Part shown: one piece after another, positions 8,642 through 17,844 of the stretch
Position numbering within the stretch: the stretch's first letter is position 1
Layout of the letters: every line of letters begins with the position of its first letter
Origin: Patescibacteria group bacterium
GTDB lineage: Bacteria; Patescibacteriota; JAHJAL01
Assembly (NCBI GenBank): GCA_049322675.1
Contig: JBMORM010000025.1
Span: forward strand, 128,520 to 192,519
Reading direction: 5' to 3'
Length of the DNA stretch: 64,000 nucleotides
Program-made: the position numbers and the translations under genes
The notes under the pieces: generated by a model
What the model saw: only the letters and a program-made list of their open reading frames with translations
Database searches by the model: none
Told to the model about the DNA's origin: nothing

Positions 8642-8674
8642 GAGACCTGATTTTGAAACCATTAATTTTGTAAT

Positions 8675-11074
8675 ATGACAAATAGTTTAGAAAAAAATGG
8701 CTTGGACAAAAAGGTTATTGATTCGCCGGTGGATAAAATGTCGGCGGAACAGATAAAAAAATTGCTTTTTCAGTATTCCCAGTCTTTGGATCCTAAAGAT
8801 CGGATTACTAAAAATCCGGTCGATATTATGTCGCCAAAAATGACTCAACAGTTAAAAGAAAGGTATGTAAAAATTGATAAACCAGTAGAGGCGCGGTCTC
8901 CGCGCCTGGAAATGGCAGAAAAGGCCGAATCTGTTTCGGAAACATTAACAATGGAATCAATCGAAAAGGATTGGATGCCATCTGATTTTGTAGGGGCTGA
9001 CTTTACGCCTGCTCAACCTGAATCCGCAGGGGCGGACCCATGTGTCCGCCAGAATGCCGAACCAAAAACCTGGAAATCCTGGTTCAAATCCGCGGGTGAA
9101 AAATTGAAAAATGCCGGCGAAAAGATCAAAAATTTCTTTTTGGTACCGGAAGAGGAAAAATTAACCGCTATCAAAAGAGAAGACGATAAAATCACTATTG
9201 ATTCCGGGTTGCAAGCTGAATTGAAAGATCAAATCAGAAAAGAAGGCCAAAAAGAACAGGAAAAATACGAAAAAAATAGTTGGGTGGTGCGTTATCCCTG
9301 GCTTAAAAATACTTTGCAAAAAGTAGAAGACATGAAAGCTTCTGTTGAGGGATTTACTGTTGGCGTCTTGATACCGGCCGTTTCTAGAATTGTTTTGCAT
9401 GATCCAATCTTGACTTCATTGGCTGGCGGAACAACCGGGATGTTTTTGAAGTTTAAGTTGAGTCAAAAGTTTGAAAGAGCTTATTATTCAGTCGAACAAG
9501 TTAATGCGGTCGTGGAGGAAAAATTAAAGAATATCGATATTTTGTCGGTAGCGGCTTGCGCGGCTTTTTTGGATAAACTTGCCAGTAAGAATAAAATTTT
9601 AGCCGACAAGTCCGATATGCAATATTTTATTCAGTTAAGAAATGGGATAAATAACCGTTTGATCGATCTGCTGGCCAAAGCGGATAGCCGCGATGAATCC
9701 TGTGGTATCTGGGTTTTTCAAGATAAGCAGGGAAATAAAGTTATTCGTTCTCGGGTTGATATTAGCAGATTACTGGAAAAAGATGTTCAGGGGATGATGT
9801 TTGCCATGAATGCCGATGATCGTGCCAGATTTGAGAAAAGGTATTCTCAAGGCTTGTTGGCTGGTGTTTTGGGTAATCTGGCGACTGCGGTTTGGGGCTG
9901 TTCTCCTCACGACCAGGATCATCCTGGTAGCAAAAAAGATGATACCGACAATCATTTGCATCAAAGCAAACCGACCAAAATACCCAAGCCGGAAGATATG
10001 GAGCTAGACAAACATCGGATTATCAAACCAACTGCGGACTCAATTTTTGATCGTCACGATCATCCGTTTGATCTACAGGAAAAAATCAATACTGAATCTA
10101 CTCGTGTTGTGGCTCAAAATACGGTAAATGATTCTGTTGCTCCTGCACCGACTCCGACCGAGAATACCGGTTCGGGTAATCATGTTTATACGACTACCGA
10201 TGAAAATGGACATACCACTTATCATAGTGAAGGCGGATATTATAAATTGGAAGAAACTGACCCCAATGCCAACACGTATCGTTTGAAAGATAATGATCCG
10301 AATGCCAATCAGTATCATCTTGATTCAAAGCAGGACAGTGAGATTCAAGCTGGTTATCACCCCTTTGAAGCCACTCCAGATCATATAAAACATGATTCTT
10401 TCGGTGGCGGTGACAATAATCAACCGGGTATGGGCGGGGTCAATAAAGATCAAGATACTGTTTATGGTAATACAGAGTCAGATCAACCTACTTCCGATCA
10501 AAAACCGGTGTTACATCATAGCACTGAAGGCAAGAAGAATTTTGATGAATTTTTAAATGAGAAATCGGAATACAATGGATCAATAAAACCAGTTGTTAAT
10601 GAAAAACCGATCGATGCCAGCAAATTGTTTCATACTGAAAAGGGCTTGAAAAATTTTCAGGAAAATTGGGGCAGTCATTCTGAGCCCGTCAACAATCCTT
10701 CTTCGACTTCGACCACTCCGGCTCCGGAAAAGCTGGAAGATTATCAACCTTTGACTCCGGCGACACCGGTCAAGACTGAATCTTTAGATGGTTATCAAAA
10801 TTTGAACACTGATGTTCATTCCAATCCGGTAAAAGGAAGTGAAAATATCAATGAGTATCAATGGCTAAATGGTGAAAAACCATCTGGTACGGAAAAATTG
10901 GAAGATTATATTCCTTTAAACCAGAGTAATACTCAAAAGCTGGATGATTTGACTGGTTATACGCCTTTAAATCAGCCGGTCAATCAGGAAGATGTTAATT
11001 CATATGCTCCCTTGAATGGCAGTCCGGTGCCTCAGATCCAACCCGAGAGTTTGGACGGATATCAAAAGTTGTAA
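8675..11074 (+). CDS. Hypothetical 799-aa protein: ~430-aa globular N-terminal region plus a long low-complexity tail with 7 YxxLN-type motif repeats
   Basis: ATG at 8675. The tail carries repeats LEDYQPL, LDGYQNLN, INEYQWLN, LEDYIPLN, LTGYTPLN, VNSYAPLN, LDGYQKL. No recognisable catalytic motif. Confidence 0.45.
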   Translation: MTNSLEKNGLDKKVIDSPVDKMSAEQIKKLLFQYSQSLDPKDRITKNPVDIMSPKMTQQLKERYVKIDKPVEARSPRLEMAEKAESVSETLTMESIEKDWMPSDFVGADFTPAQPESAGADPCVRQNAEPKTWKSWFKSAGEKLKNAGEKIKNFFLVPEEEKLTAIKREDDKITIDSGLQAELKDQIRKEGQKEQEKYEKNSWVVRYPWLKNTLQKVEDMKASVEGFTVGVLIPAVSRIVLHDPILTSLAGGTTGMFLKFKLSQKFERAYYSVEQVNAVVEEKLKNIDILSVAACAAFLDKLASKNKILADKSDMQYFIQLRNGINNRLIDLLAKADSRDESCGIWVFQDKQGNKVIRSRVDISRLLEKDVQGMMFAMNADDRARFEKRYSQGLLAGVLGNLATAVWGCSPHDQDHPGSKKDDTDNHLHQSKPTKIPKPEDMELDKHRIIKPTADSIFDRHDHPFDLQEKINTESTRVVAQNTVNDSVAPAPTPTENTGSGNHVYTTTDENGHTTYHSEGGYYKLEETDPNANTYRLKDNDPNANQYHLDSKQDSEIQAGYHPFEATPDHIKHDSFGGGDNNQPGMGGVNKDQDTVYGNTESDQPTSDQKPVLHHSTEGKKNFDEFLNEKSEYNGSIKPVVNEKPIDASKLFHTEKGLKNFQENWGSHSEPVNNPSSTSTTPAPEKLEDYQPLTPATPVKTESLDGYQNLNTDVHSNPVKGSENINEYQWLNGEKPSGTEKLEDYIPLNQSNTQKLDDLTGYTPLNQPVNQEDVNSYAPLNGSPVPQIQPESLDGYQKL

Positions 11075-11376
11075 GAGATAAAAAGTATTGACTAAATATA
11101 TATTTTGTGGTAGTGTTTAGTTATTGGAAACGTGAAAATATTCTCTAGGGGCTGATTTTCAAAGGAGGGAGGCGGTAGTTAGGGATGGAGCAAATTGATG
11201 GTTCCATCTCCGTCTATCGCCTTTATTTTCAAAAGGGCGATTGTTCTTTACAAATTTGGTATTAAAAAACCTCTCGATCCTGTAAATTTAGGACTTAAGA
11301 AGGAGTGATGATTTTTTAAGTTAATGCAGGGGAGAGGGGGAAGAAATAAAATATAAAAAAGAAAGGATGATTTTCT

Positions 11377-12225
11377 GTGAGAAAAAAGATTGTTTTTCTG
11401 GTTGCTTTTTTTGTTCTGTTCACGTTTTCGGTTTCCATGGCTAATCCATTAGCATGGATTTCTTTGGTTTTTGGAGTATTTCAGTGTTTGCGACCTTCAG
11501 AGAAGGTGAATACGCAAAATGTGGCAATTTTTTCCGTGAGCTTTTACTCCAAAAAATTGGGTCAATCAAATATCATGAATGTTGCTGATAAGGAAATATC
11601 GGCATGGATAAATTCTGAGGCGTTAAAAGAATATCCTGACATGGAAATGATCGTTTCAGGAGATATGTCAATGATATTTGATGCTGATGCGCCTACTGAA
11701 CGTTTCCAAGTAGCAATAAATGGCTCAAGTGCAAATCCAATGTTGTGTAAAGATATTGATACTGAGTCTTTATCGGGTTGGACTGTAAAGTTTAACTTAC
11801 TGGATGTATTACGGACTGTATCTGCTGACCATCAAAGATCATGTGTGGTAAGGGTTATGATTATTTCAAAAGAAGACGCAGTTGCCCGCGGCTTCTTTTA
11901 CCTAAATTTTGAAGGCAATGACTTTATAGGGTCGCAAGGGTATGAAGCGCAGAAAAAAATATATGGCGATCCTGTTGCCATATACGGTGAACAAAAGTCG
12001 AATGTAGTTCAACTATTTTCGAATGAAAATTGTTATTTTCGTATAATCACCTCTAAGGGAGAAAAGTTGCTAGGAGAGTGTAACAAAATTTATGTTCTTG
12101 ATTATTCGAAAATCGGAACAACTTTTGTTATACAAAAGGTACAGGTTCAGAATGGTTTAGTACTTCCCATTGGAAGTGAAATAAAATTTGACGGAAGCCA
12201 GAAGGAGGTGAACTTGGATGAATAA
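11377..12225 (+). CDS. Secreted hypothetical protein (signal peptide)
   Basis: GTG start with upstream AAAGGA; N-terminus MRKKIVFLVAFFVLFTFSVSMA. Its end overlaps the next gene by 8 nt, which suggests an operon. Confidence 0.45.
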   Translation: MRKKIVFLVAFFVLFTFSVSMANPLAWISLVFGVFQCLRPSEKVNTQNVAIFSVSFYSKKLGQSNIMNVADKEISAWINSEALKEYPDMEMIVSGDMSMIFDADAPTERFQVAINGSSANPMLCKDIDTESLSGWTVKFNLLDVLRTVSADHQRSCVVRVMIISKEDAVARGFFYLNFEGNDFIGSQGYEAQKKIYGDPVAIYGEQKSNVVQLFSNENCYFRIITSKGEKLLGECNKIYVLDYSKIGTTFVIQKVQVQNGLVLPIGSEIKFDGSQKEVNLDE

Positions 12226-13192
12226 ATATTTTGTTTTCATCCTTGTTTTTTTATTAATTTTTAATTCAGTAAATTTTTCGGGGCAGGTTAAGGCACAGGC
12301 GGCTCAAAGCTGGAATCACATGGGAGGAAATCCCAACCAACTCTCTTTTTATGAGACGTTGGTTTTCATGGGATACTCCAAGTCCGAGGCCGGGCAACTG
12401 GCTGAGGATTTTAAAAGTGGAAAGTTCGAGGTGACTCTGAGAGAACATGGTATTATTTACAAAGTCATGACGTTTGGTTTCAAAGAAACAATGACCAACG
12501 TTATGACAAACTGGCAGGAGGGAAGTTCATATCCAGTGGCACACTGGAAAAATACCTCTAAAGGGCCGTTGGACTATTATGCTTGGTCGTGCAAAAATGT
12601 TGGTTGGCCAGAATTAACGGTTCCGACTCCGCCACCAACACCTCCGACAGTAGTCCCGACACCACCGCAGACACCTCCTCCAACACCTCCGACAGTAGTC
12701 CCGACACCACCGCAGACACCTCCTCCAACACCTCCGACAGTAGTCCCGACACCACCGCAGACACCTCCTCCAACACAGCCGCCCACGCCTCCTCCGACTC
12801 CGCCCCAGACACCCCCGCCAATTACTTTCAGTAAGGGGTCAATTCCGACTCCGGCAGCAGTTGTGATTGGGCGGCCGCCGTTTATTCCTCCGGTTGATAT
12901 ACCGGAACCGGAGGATAACGGGACGCCTTGTCCTACGGGGTCACCTACAGTGGTGCCGACGCAAAATTGTGATCCGGGGGGTACTCCAGCTCCCACCCCG
13001 CCGCTTCCAGCTCCTACCCATCTTCCCATTACTCCAGTCCCCGGGGCTCCTACGCCCCCACCTCTTCCTACTCTGATTCCGGTTGTGACTCCCGTGCCTA
13101 CTGGCGGCACGGTGGTCACAGTTCCGACTTATCAACCAGTATCTGGGGGAACCCCGGCCCCCACGCCTCCTTTACCCGGGGTAAAAAAATAA
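12218..13192 (+). CDS. Secreted Pro/Thr-rich repeat protein (extensin-like linker)
   Basis: Perfect SD GAAGGAGGTG before ATG 12218; signal peptide; (PPTVVPTPPQTPPPT)x3 encoded by a perfect 45-bp tandem repeat. Confidence 0.55.
   Translation: MNKYFVFILVFLLIFNSVNFSGQVKAQAAQSWNHMGGNPNQLSFYETLVFMGYSKSEAGQLAEDFKSGKFEVTLREHGIIYKVMTFGFKETMTNVMTNWQEGSSYPVAHWKNTSKGPLDYYAWSCKNVGWPELTVPTPPPTPPTVVPTPPQTPPPTPPTVVPTPPQTPPPTPPTVVPTPPQTPPPTQPPTPPPTPPQTPPPITFSKGSIPTPAAVVIGRPPFIPPVDIPEPEDNGTPCPTGSPTVVPTQNCDPGGTPAPTPPLPAPTHLPITPVPGAPTPPPLPTLIPVVTPVPTGGTVVTVPTYQPVSGGTPAPTPPLPGVKK
12641..12775 (+). repeat. Perfect 3 x 45-bp tandem repeat (cctccgacagtagtcccgacaccaccgcagacacctcctccaaca)
   Basis: Three identical copies with a partial fourth upstream, in frame inside the Pro-rich CDS. 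Confidence 0.85.
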
Positions 13193-13227
13193 ATATATAA
13201 ATATATAAATTTTTGGCCATTTGAGCG

Positions 13228-13290
13228 TTGTCTCTTTTTTAATTTCTTATATTAAAAAAGAGCAACGCTCTTTTTTTGCCCTTTTTTCGG
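13228..13290 (+). terminator. Rho-independent terminator (long hairpin plus T-run)
   Basis: GAGCGTTGTCTCTTTTTTAAT-ttcttat-ATTAAAAAAGAGCAACGCTC followed by TTTTTTTG. Confidence 0.7.
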
Positions 13291-13356
13291 TTGTTATAAA
13301 CTATTGATTTATTTTATATATTATGTTACAAACAGTATCAATAAATAGGAGGAATT

Positions 13357-13977
13357 ATGGAAATAAAAAATGAAAATAGGTTTGGTAAGTTAATTGCATT
13401 TGAAGGTATTGATAATGTTGGAAAAAGTAGTCATGTCGAAGAGTTGGCCAAGAAATTGAAGATGATGAACATACCTTGCGAAGTGGCCAAAGAAATGACA
13501 TCGCCTTTTGGGAAAATTATTAGGGAAAATTTAAAGAAATCCAATTTTTCATCCCATTTGAAAACCTTGTTGTTTGCGGCTGATCGAGTAGAGCTGGTGG
13601 AAAGAATGGTCAAGCCGTGTTTGGAAAAAAATGGGATTGTATTAGCTGATCGTTGGACGATGTCGGCAATTGTTTATCGAACCGTGGAAGGATTTGATGT
13701 TGATTATGTGGCGATGGTTAATTCGAAAACTATAAATCCGGATCATATTTTCTTGCTTGATTTGCCGGCGGAATTGTCAATAAAGAGAGGAGAATCGACG
13801 GGTAAATTTACGCCGTATAGTTTGGATTTTTTGCATAAGGCACGAGGTGAATATTTAAGATTGGCAAAACTTGATAATAATATTGAGATAATTGATGGTA
13901 GTGAGGATTTTAAAAAAATTAATTCTCATTTATTTGAACGAATTTTGGAAATTATTGGTTCAAGGAAACAAGGTTAA
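13357..13977 (+). CDS. tmk: Thymidylate kinase
   Basis: SD AGGAGG. P-loop IAFEGIDNVGKSS, FAADRVELV, DRWTMSAIVY and LID region LDLPAE all align with Tmk. Confidence 0.7.
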   Translation: MEIKNENRFGKLIAFEGIDNVGKSSHVEELAKKLKMMNIPCEVAKEMTSPFGKIIRENLKKSNFSSHLKTLLFAADRVELVERMVKPCLEKNGIVLADRWTMSAIVYRTVEGFDVDYVAMVNSKTINPDHIFLLDLPAELSIKRGESTGKFTPYSLDFLHKARGEYLRLAKLDNNIEIIDGSEDFKKINSHLFERILEIIGSRKQG

Positions 13978-14753
13978 TCAATCAATTTTATAATATCTTC
14001 TTTTGTTTTTGGTTTTCCTTCTGAACCGAGTAGCCACAAGGCTCGATCAAAACTAATCCAATCGACATTTGCGTTTCGACAGGCTCTTTGCCAAAGCTTT
14101 TTGATGGCGTTAATATTTGTTTCTGTTTGATCATTTTCGTTTATATTGGAGAAACCTAGGAGACGGGCGATACGGATATCATGAACATCGACTGGTTGCG
14201 GGATTTTGTCGAGATCGGGGAATTCTAGTTTGAAGTGCGAAGTCATTGCTCGGAAAAATAAGTTGCCAATTTTTGGCCCCATGCCGCGAAATTCGCGGAT
14301 TTTTTTGATAGTATTTGTGGCGGAATTTGTTTCAGAGAATATATTTAACGGATTATTTGCATATTTTTGTCGTAGTAGATGAGAATTTTTTTGGAATCTG
14401 ATAACAGCTTCGTTGGGATAGCGTGGTTTAAAATATGTAGTAATAATCTGAAACAATTGTTGATCATTTTGATTGAGGATATAGTCGGGAGTGAAAAATT
14501 GTGGCGTTTGTTGGTGGAGAATAATTGAGCCTTGGTATAAAATTTGTCCTTTCATGGCGTAATCGAGTTGCACAGTATAAAATGTCCAGTTGGCTTGTTC
14601 TATAGGAGTGATATTTTTTGGAATGTAGTCTTCGATGTTCTTGGTATTGGTAAATAAACCTTCACGTTTTAAAAATTTAGAAGTTAGTTTGTCAGCAAAT
14701 TCAGAGGGAGTGATTGACGGTTGAAATTTTTCAATAAAATTTAAATTTTTCAT
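13974..14753 (-). CDS. HhH-GPD-like base-excision DNA glycosylase family protein (putative)
   Basis: Helix-hairpin-helix block IREFRGMGPKIGNLFFRAM followed by PVDVHDIRIARLLG, resembling LPGVGxKTA...VDTHVxRVxxRLG. No Fe-S Cys cluster. Confidence 0.4.
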   Translation of the reverse strand: MKNLNFIEKFQPSITPSEFADKLTSKFLKREGLFTNTKNIEDYIPKNITPIEQANWTFYTVQLDYAMKGQILYQGSIILHQQTPQFFTPDYILNQNDQQLFQIITTYFKPRYPNEAVIRFQKNSHLLRQKYANNPLNIFSETNSATNTIKKIREFRGMGPKIGNLFFRAMTSHFKLEFPDLDKIPQPVDVHDIRIARLLGFSNINENDQTETNINAIKKLWQRACRNANVDWISFDRALWLLGSEGKPKTKEDIIKLID

Positions 14754-14876
14754 AAGTGTTTTATTATTTTTTGATTTACATTATTATTTTACCTTATTAT
14801 TTAAGGTTTGTTTTGTGATTTATAAATGATGGAGTGACATGACATTTTTCTTTACCTGGATTTAATGCGGGTTATA

Positions 14877-14905
14877 TTACATTAAAGATAATTTAGAGTT
14901 ATAAT
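14877..14905 (+). promoter_or_regulatory. Near-consensus sigma70 promoter TTACAT-17-TATAAT for hicBA
   Basis: Seen directly in the sequence, 12-33 nt upstream of the hicB start candidates. Confidence 0.5.
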
Positions 14906-14937
14906 AGAATTGTTGATTGGATATTAATATTTTTTTT

Positions 14938-15156
14938 ATGACTTATCGTTTTACAACTATTATTACCAAAGAAGGCAAATGGTATGTGGCGCGCTGTTTG
15001 GAGCTGGAAGTGGTTAGTCAGGGGAAGACGGTGGAAGAGTCGCAGAAGAATCTGAAGGAAGCGGTGGAGCTGTTTTTGGAGGATCAACCGAATCCCCGGA
15101 AATTTGCTACAAAATCTTATCCAATTGTGACTACGTTGGAATTGAATCATGCCTAA
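14938..15156 (+). CDS. hicB: HicB-family antitoxin (UPF0150)
   Basis: YVARCLELEVVSQGKTVEESQKNLKEAVELFLE is the typical HicB N-terminal RNase H-like fold signature. The track start is TTG at 14917; ATG is at 14938. It overlaps hicA by 8 nt. Confidence 0.7.
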   Translation: MTYRFTTIITKEGKWYVARCLELEVVSQGKTVEESQKNLKEAVELFLEDQPNPRKFATKSYPIVTTLELNHA

Positions 15157-15373
15157 AACTATTTCGGGAAAAAAATTGGTGCGGATTTTATGTCGTTATT
15201 GGGGTTTTGTTTCGGTTTCGCAAAGAGGCAGTCATATAAAATTGAAGTTTTGCGATAAAAACAAAGATATTGTTGTGATTGTGCCTTTGCATTCGGAATT
15301 GGCGCGGGGAACTTTGAAGGGGATTTTAAAGCAGGCTCGGATTGGTGAAAAAGAGATTAGGGGGTATTTTTGA
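15149..15373 (+). CDS. hicA: HicA-family mRNA interferase toxin
   Basis: GKKLVRILCRYWGF...QRGSHIKL...LKGILKQA matches the HicA/YcfA dsRBD-like consensus (SGKELIKLLEKNGW..RQKGSHH...GTLRSILKQAGL). Confidence 0.75.
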   Translation: MPKTISGKKLVRILCRYWGFVSVSQRGSHIKLKFCDKNKDIVVIVPLHSELARGTLKGILKQARIGEKEIRGYF

Positions 15374-15401
15374 TTAAATCTTTTTTTTGTGATTGTACTG
15401 A

Positions 15402-15432
15402 AACGATTTTTGGATAAAATCGTCTTTTTTTT
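15402..15432 (+). terminator. Rho-independent terminator after hicA
   Basis: ACGATTTT-tggata-AAATCGT followed by CTTTTTTTT. Confidence 0.6.
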
Positions 15433-15500
15433 GTGTTGGGCTACCGTAATGGTCGCCCTTACTGATGGGGTGGATGCATGGTCATGTGTTGTTTTGTATC

Positions 15501-15528
15501 GTAGGGGCGGTTCATGAACCGCCCCTAC
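15501..15528. repeat. Perfect 28-nt GC-rich palindrome GTAGGGGCGGTTCATGAACCGCCCCTAC
   Basis: It shares the GTAGGGGCG/CGCCCCTAC arms with the elements at 8483-8543. Confidence 0.7.
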
Positions 15529-15607
15529 AAAAAATGATCATATAATCTTGATATTTTCTTAATTTTATTTTATAATATTAGGATATTTTTATTTTTAGTG
15601 AGTACAT

Positions 15608-17326
15608 ATGGGAAATGGTAATACAGATGATAATATTAGACTAAATGCTTTGGAACAACCAGGTGTCAAACAGAGAATTGATGCTTTTTTTCGAGAAAAT
15701 CGCAATAGTATCAATCGCCTTTTGCCAAAAGAGTGGTATCGAGGGCCGGATATATATGCTGATTGTGATTTTGATAAAAAAACCAGAGAATTAATAGATA
15801 TTCAGGTTGTATTTGAGGTTGATTTGGACTTGCCAATTAGGCCTGAATATAGAGGAACCTATATCGAAGCAAAGTTATATGAATATTTTTTTAGAAATAT
15901 TGTTGAGTACAAACATAACAATGATTTTAATGATTATGTCCAGGAAAAACCTGAAGCCGGTTCAAACCCGAGAAAATTACTGAGTTGGGCGAGAAATGAA
16001 GCCGAGGGATTGTATAGATTGCATGGGAAAAATCTCGTTGCGGTGATGGTAAAAGCCGAAGAAGATGTCAAAGAATTGCAAGCCGAATGCGAAAAAAATA
16101 ATATTGCGGAAATGGATTTGTTGGATCAGGAGAAATGGATAAATAGAGTTTTTTTGGAGAAGTTTAAAGAAAACAAAAATATTAGTTCATATGCCGATTT
16201 GATGGTATTGAAAGAAAGATATCAGGAGGTGTTGGGTTGGTTAAAGTTGCTTGTCGGCTATCGTTGGCAAAATGCCAATCCGGGACTGGAGAGCGTTTTT
16301 TTGGAAAAAGACGTTTTTGAACGATCGGCCAGAAAAGTCAATCGTGCTTTCAATGCTGATGCTTTGCGATTGTCGAGAGCCGATTGGATCCAAAACATTG
16401 AAAATTATCGAGAGGTGATAGATGCGATTATCTCTGAGATACAAGTTGCCGAAAGGCAATTACCAGCCAATGATTTGTACAAGAGAGAAAAATATGTTTT
16501 GGGTGAGTTGATATATGGATTGTCATCGAAGTCAAGAGTAGGGGAAAAGATGCCTATTTTGACTGATAAATTGGTGGAGATGTGTATCAGGCTTGATGTT
16601 TTTAAAGATCAGATTGATTTTGAAAGGTTTGGTCAGGATATGCATGCTGTTGGGTTGGACATGAATCCGGGTAGAAATGAATATGAATTGGCAAAAGAAA
16701 AGGTTATAGAACAATTGTTTTCGGCGGGTTATTTTTATCAAAATGATTCACGAGATTACAGTAAGTTCAAATTTTTGGACAGAAATTATATCCCGACTGA
16801 ATACGAAGATGTTGATTTGTTTAGTTTGGAATTTTTACTGAGAAATACTTATGATAGTTTCCGTCACAAGTCATCAATGCATAAATATATTGGTGATTTG
16901 GTAACTTGTCGATCAATCAGGGATATTGAATATGAAAAAGTGGTGGTTGATTATTCCAGTAGCGAGTTACCTGGTTTTTTGGATATTCATGGATATAGGA
17001 AATATCTGAAATATTCTTTGAGTCTGAAATATTTGGAAAAAATACTGTCTTTGTTTGAACGACCGGATATTATTCAATTGGTTGAAAAATATGATAAAGT
17101 AGGTGATTTTGCTGATTTCTGCAAATTAAAAGATAGGATTTCCAGTGGTGATTGCCAACAAATTGACAATCTGGTTATGAGATTCGAAAGTATTGTGAAA
17201 GAGAGAAATTTTGATAGAAACAATGAGGTGGTGGTTGATTTAATGACGAGCGATTTGCGTGATTTGGTCAGAAGGATTAGGGATTTGTATCGTGATTACA
17301 ATCAGGTGGTAAAATTGTTGATTTAA
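15608..17326 (+). CDS. Hypothetical cytoplasmic protein, 572 aa, no recognisable domain
   Basis: A long ORF with ordinary codon usage. No TM segment, no signal peptide, and no motifs I can assign. Confidence 0.4.
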   Translation: MGNGNTDDNIRLNALEQPGVKQRIDAFFRENRNSINRLLPKEWYRGPDIYADCDFDKKTRELIDIQVVFEVDLDLPIRPEYRGTYIEAKLYEYFFRNIVEYKHNNDFNDYVQEKPEAGSNPRKLLSWARNEAEGLYRLHGKNLVAVMVKAEEDVKELQAECEKNNIAEMDLLDQEKWINRVFLEKFKENKNISSYADLMVLKERYQEVLGWLKLLVGYRWQNANPGLESVFLEKDVFERSARKVNRAFNADALRLSRADWIQNIENYREVIDAIISEIQVAERQLPANDLYKREKYVLGELIYGLSSKSRVGEKMPILTDKLVEMCIRLDVFKDQIDFERFGQDMHAVGLDMNPGRNEYELAKEKVIEQLFSAGYFYQNDSRDYSKFKFLDRNYIPTEYEDVDLFSLEFLLRNTYDSFRHKSSMHKYIGDLVTCRSIRDIEYEKVVVDYSSSELPGFLDIHGYRKYLKYSLSLKYLEKILSLFERPDIIQLVEKYDKVGDFADFCKLKDRISSGDCQQIDNLVMRFESIVKERNFDRNNEVVVDLMTSDLRDLVRRIRDLYRDYNQVVKLLI

Positions 17327-17391
17327 TCTCCTTTTGTCTTTACATATTGGTAAAAAAATGATATTTTGAAGGTAGGAAATATAATAAAAAA

Positions 17392-17844
17392 ATGGAAAGA
17401 GGTTTACAAAAATTTGAAGGCAATTCTTTTGGAGTAAATGTTTTTCCAAAGAAACCTGAGAAACCTGATTTTTCCAGGAACTATGCACTTCCTGGTCTTA
17501 GGCGAGCGCAGCCTGAAATAAATAATCCTTTAGTCAACGATACAATCAATTATCTACTAGAGAAAAAAGAAGACGTTTTTTCTCTTGAAAAAGGTATTTT
17601 TCCTTCTGAGATGGAAAAGTGTATAAAATCTGCTCAAGAAGAGTTGAAAAAACTCTCAAATGATCAAGAAAGGAAAAATCTGGTTTCGGCTTTGGTTTCC
17701 AATATTTCGACTTTGTTTCCTGAGAAAAGGTACAAGGGTTTAAATGATCGGATTGGTAAGAGTAGTACTTTTAAAGAAATATTGGATTGGATAAAAGAAA
17801 ATGTGCTTGTTTGGCAACGCATAGATAATTCAGATCGGAAATAA
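17392..17844 (+). CDS. Hypothetical protein, 150 aa
   Basis: ORF only. A weak hairpin plus T-run (17871-17896) follows it. Confidence 0.3.
   Translation: MERGLQKFEGNSFGVNVFPKKPEKPDFSRNYALPGLRRAQPEINNPLVNDTINYLLEKKEDVFSLEKGIFPSEMEKCIKSAQEELKKLSNDQERKNLVSALVSNISTLFPEKRYKGLNDRIGKSSTFKEILDWIKENVLVWQRIDNSDRK

Noticed and set aside
8448-8681. 77-aa minus-strand ORF spanning the GC-rich palindromes
   Set aside because: It is produced by GC-rich hairpin sequence. It overlaps the end of the helicase gene and the promoter of the 8675 gene, and has no RBS.
11075-11376. Possible riboswitch or leader in the 300-bp region upstream of the secreted-protein operon
   Set aside because: Only short imperfect hairpins are present (GATGGA..TCCATC). 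I found no conserved riboswitch motifs, so the evidence is insufficient.
12577-13119. 180-aa Gly-rich ORF on the minus strand (and other ORFs at 12558-12821, 12583-12834, 12867-13076, 12941-13135)
   Set aside because: They are antisense or alternate-frame shadows of the Pro/Thr-rich repeat gene. They are generated by the repetitive CCN/ACN codons and have no independent start context.
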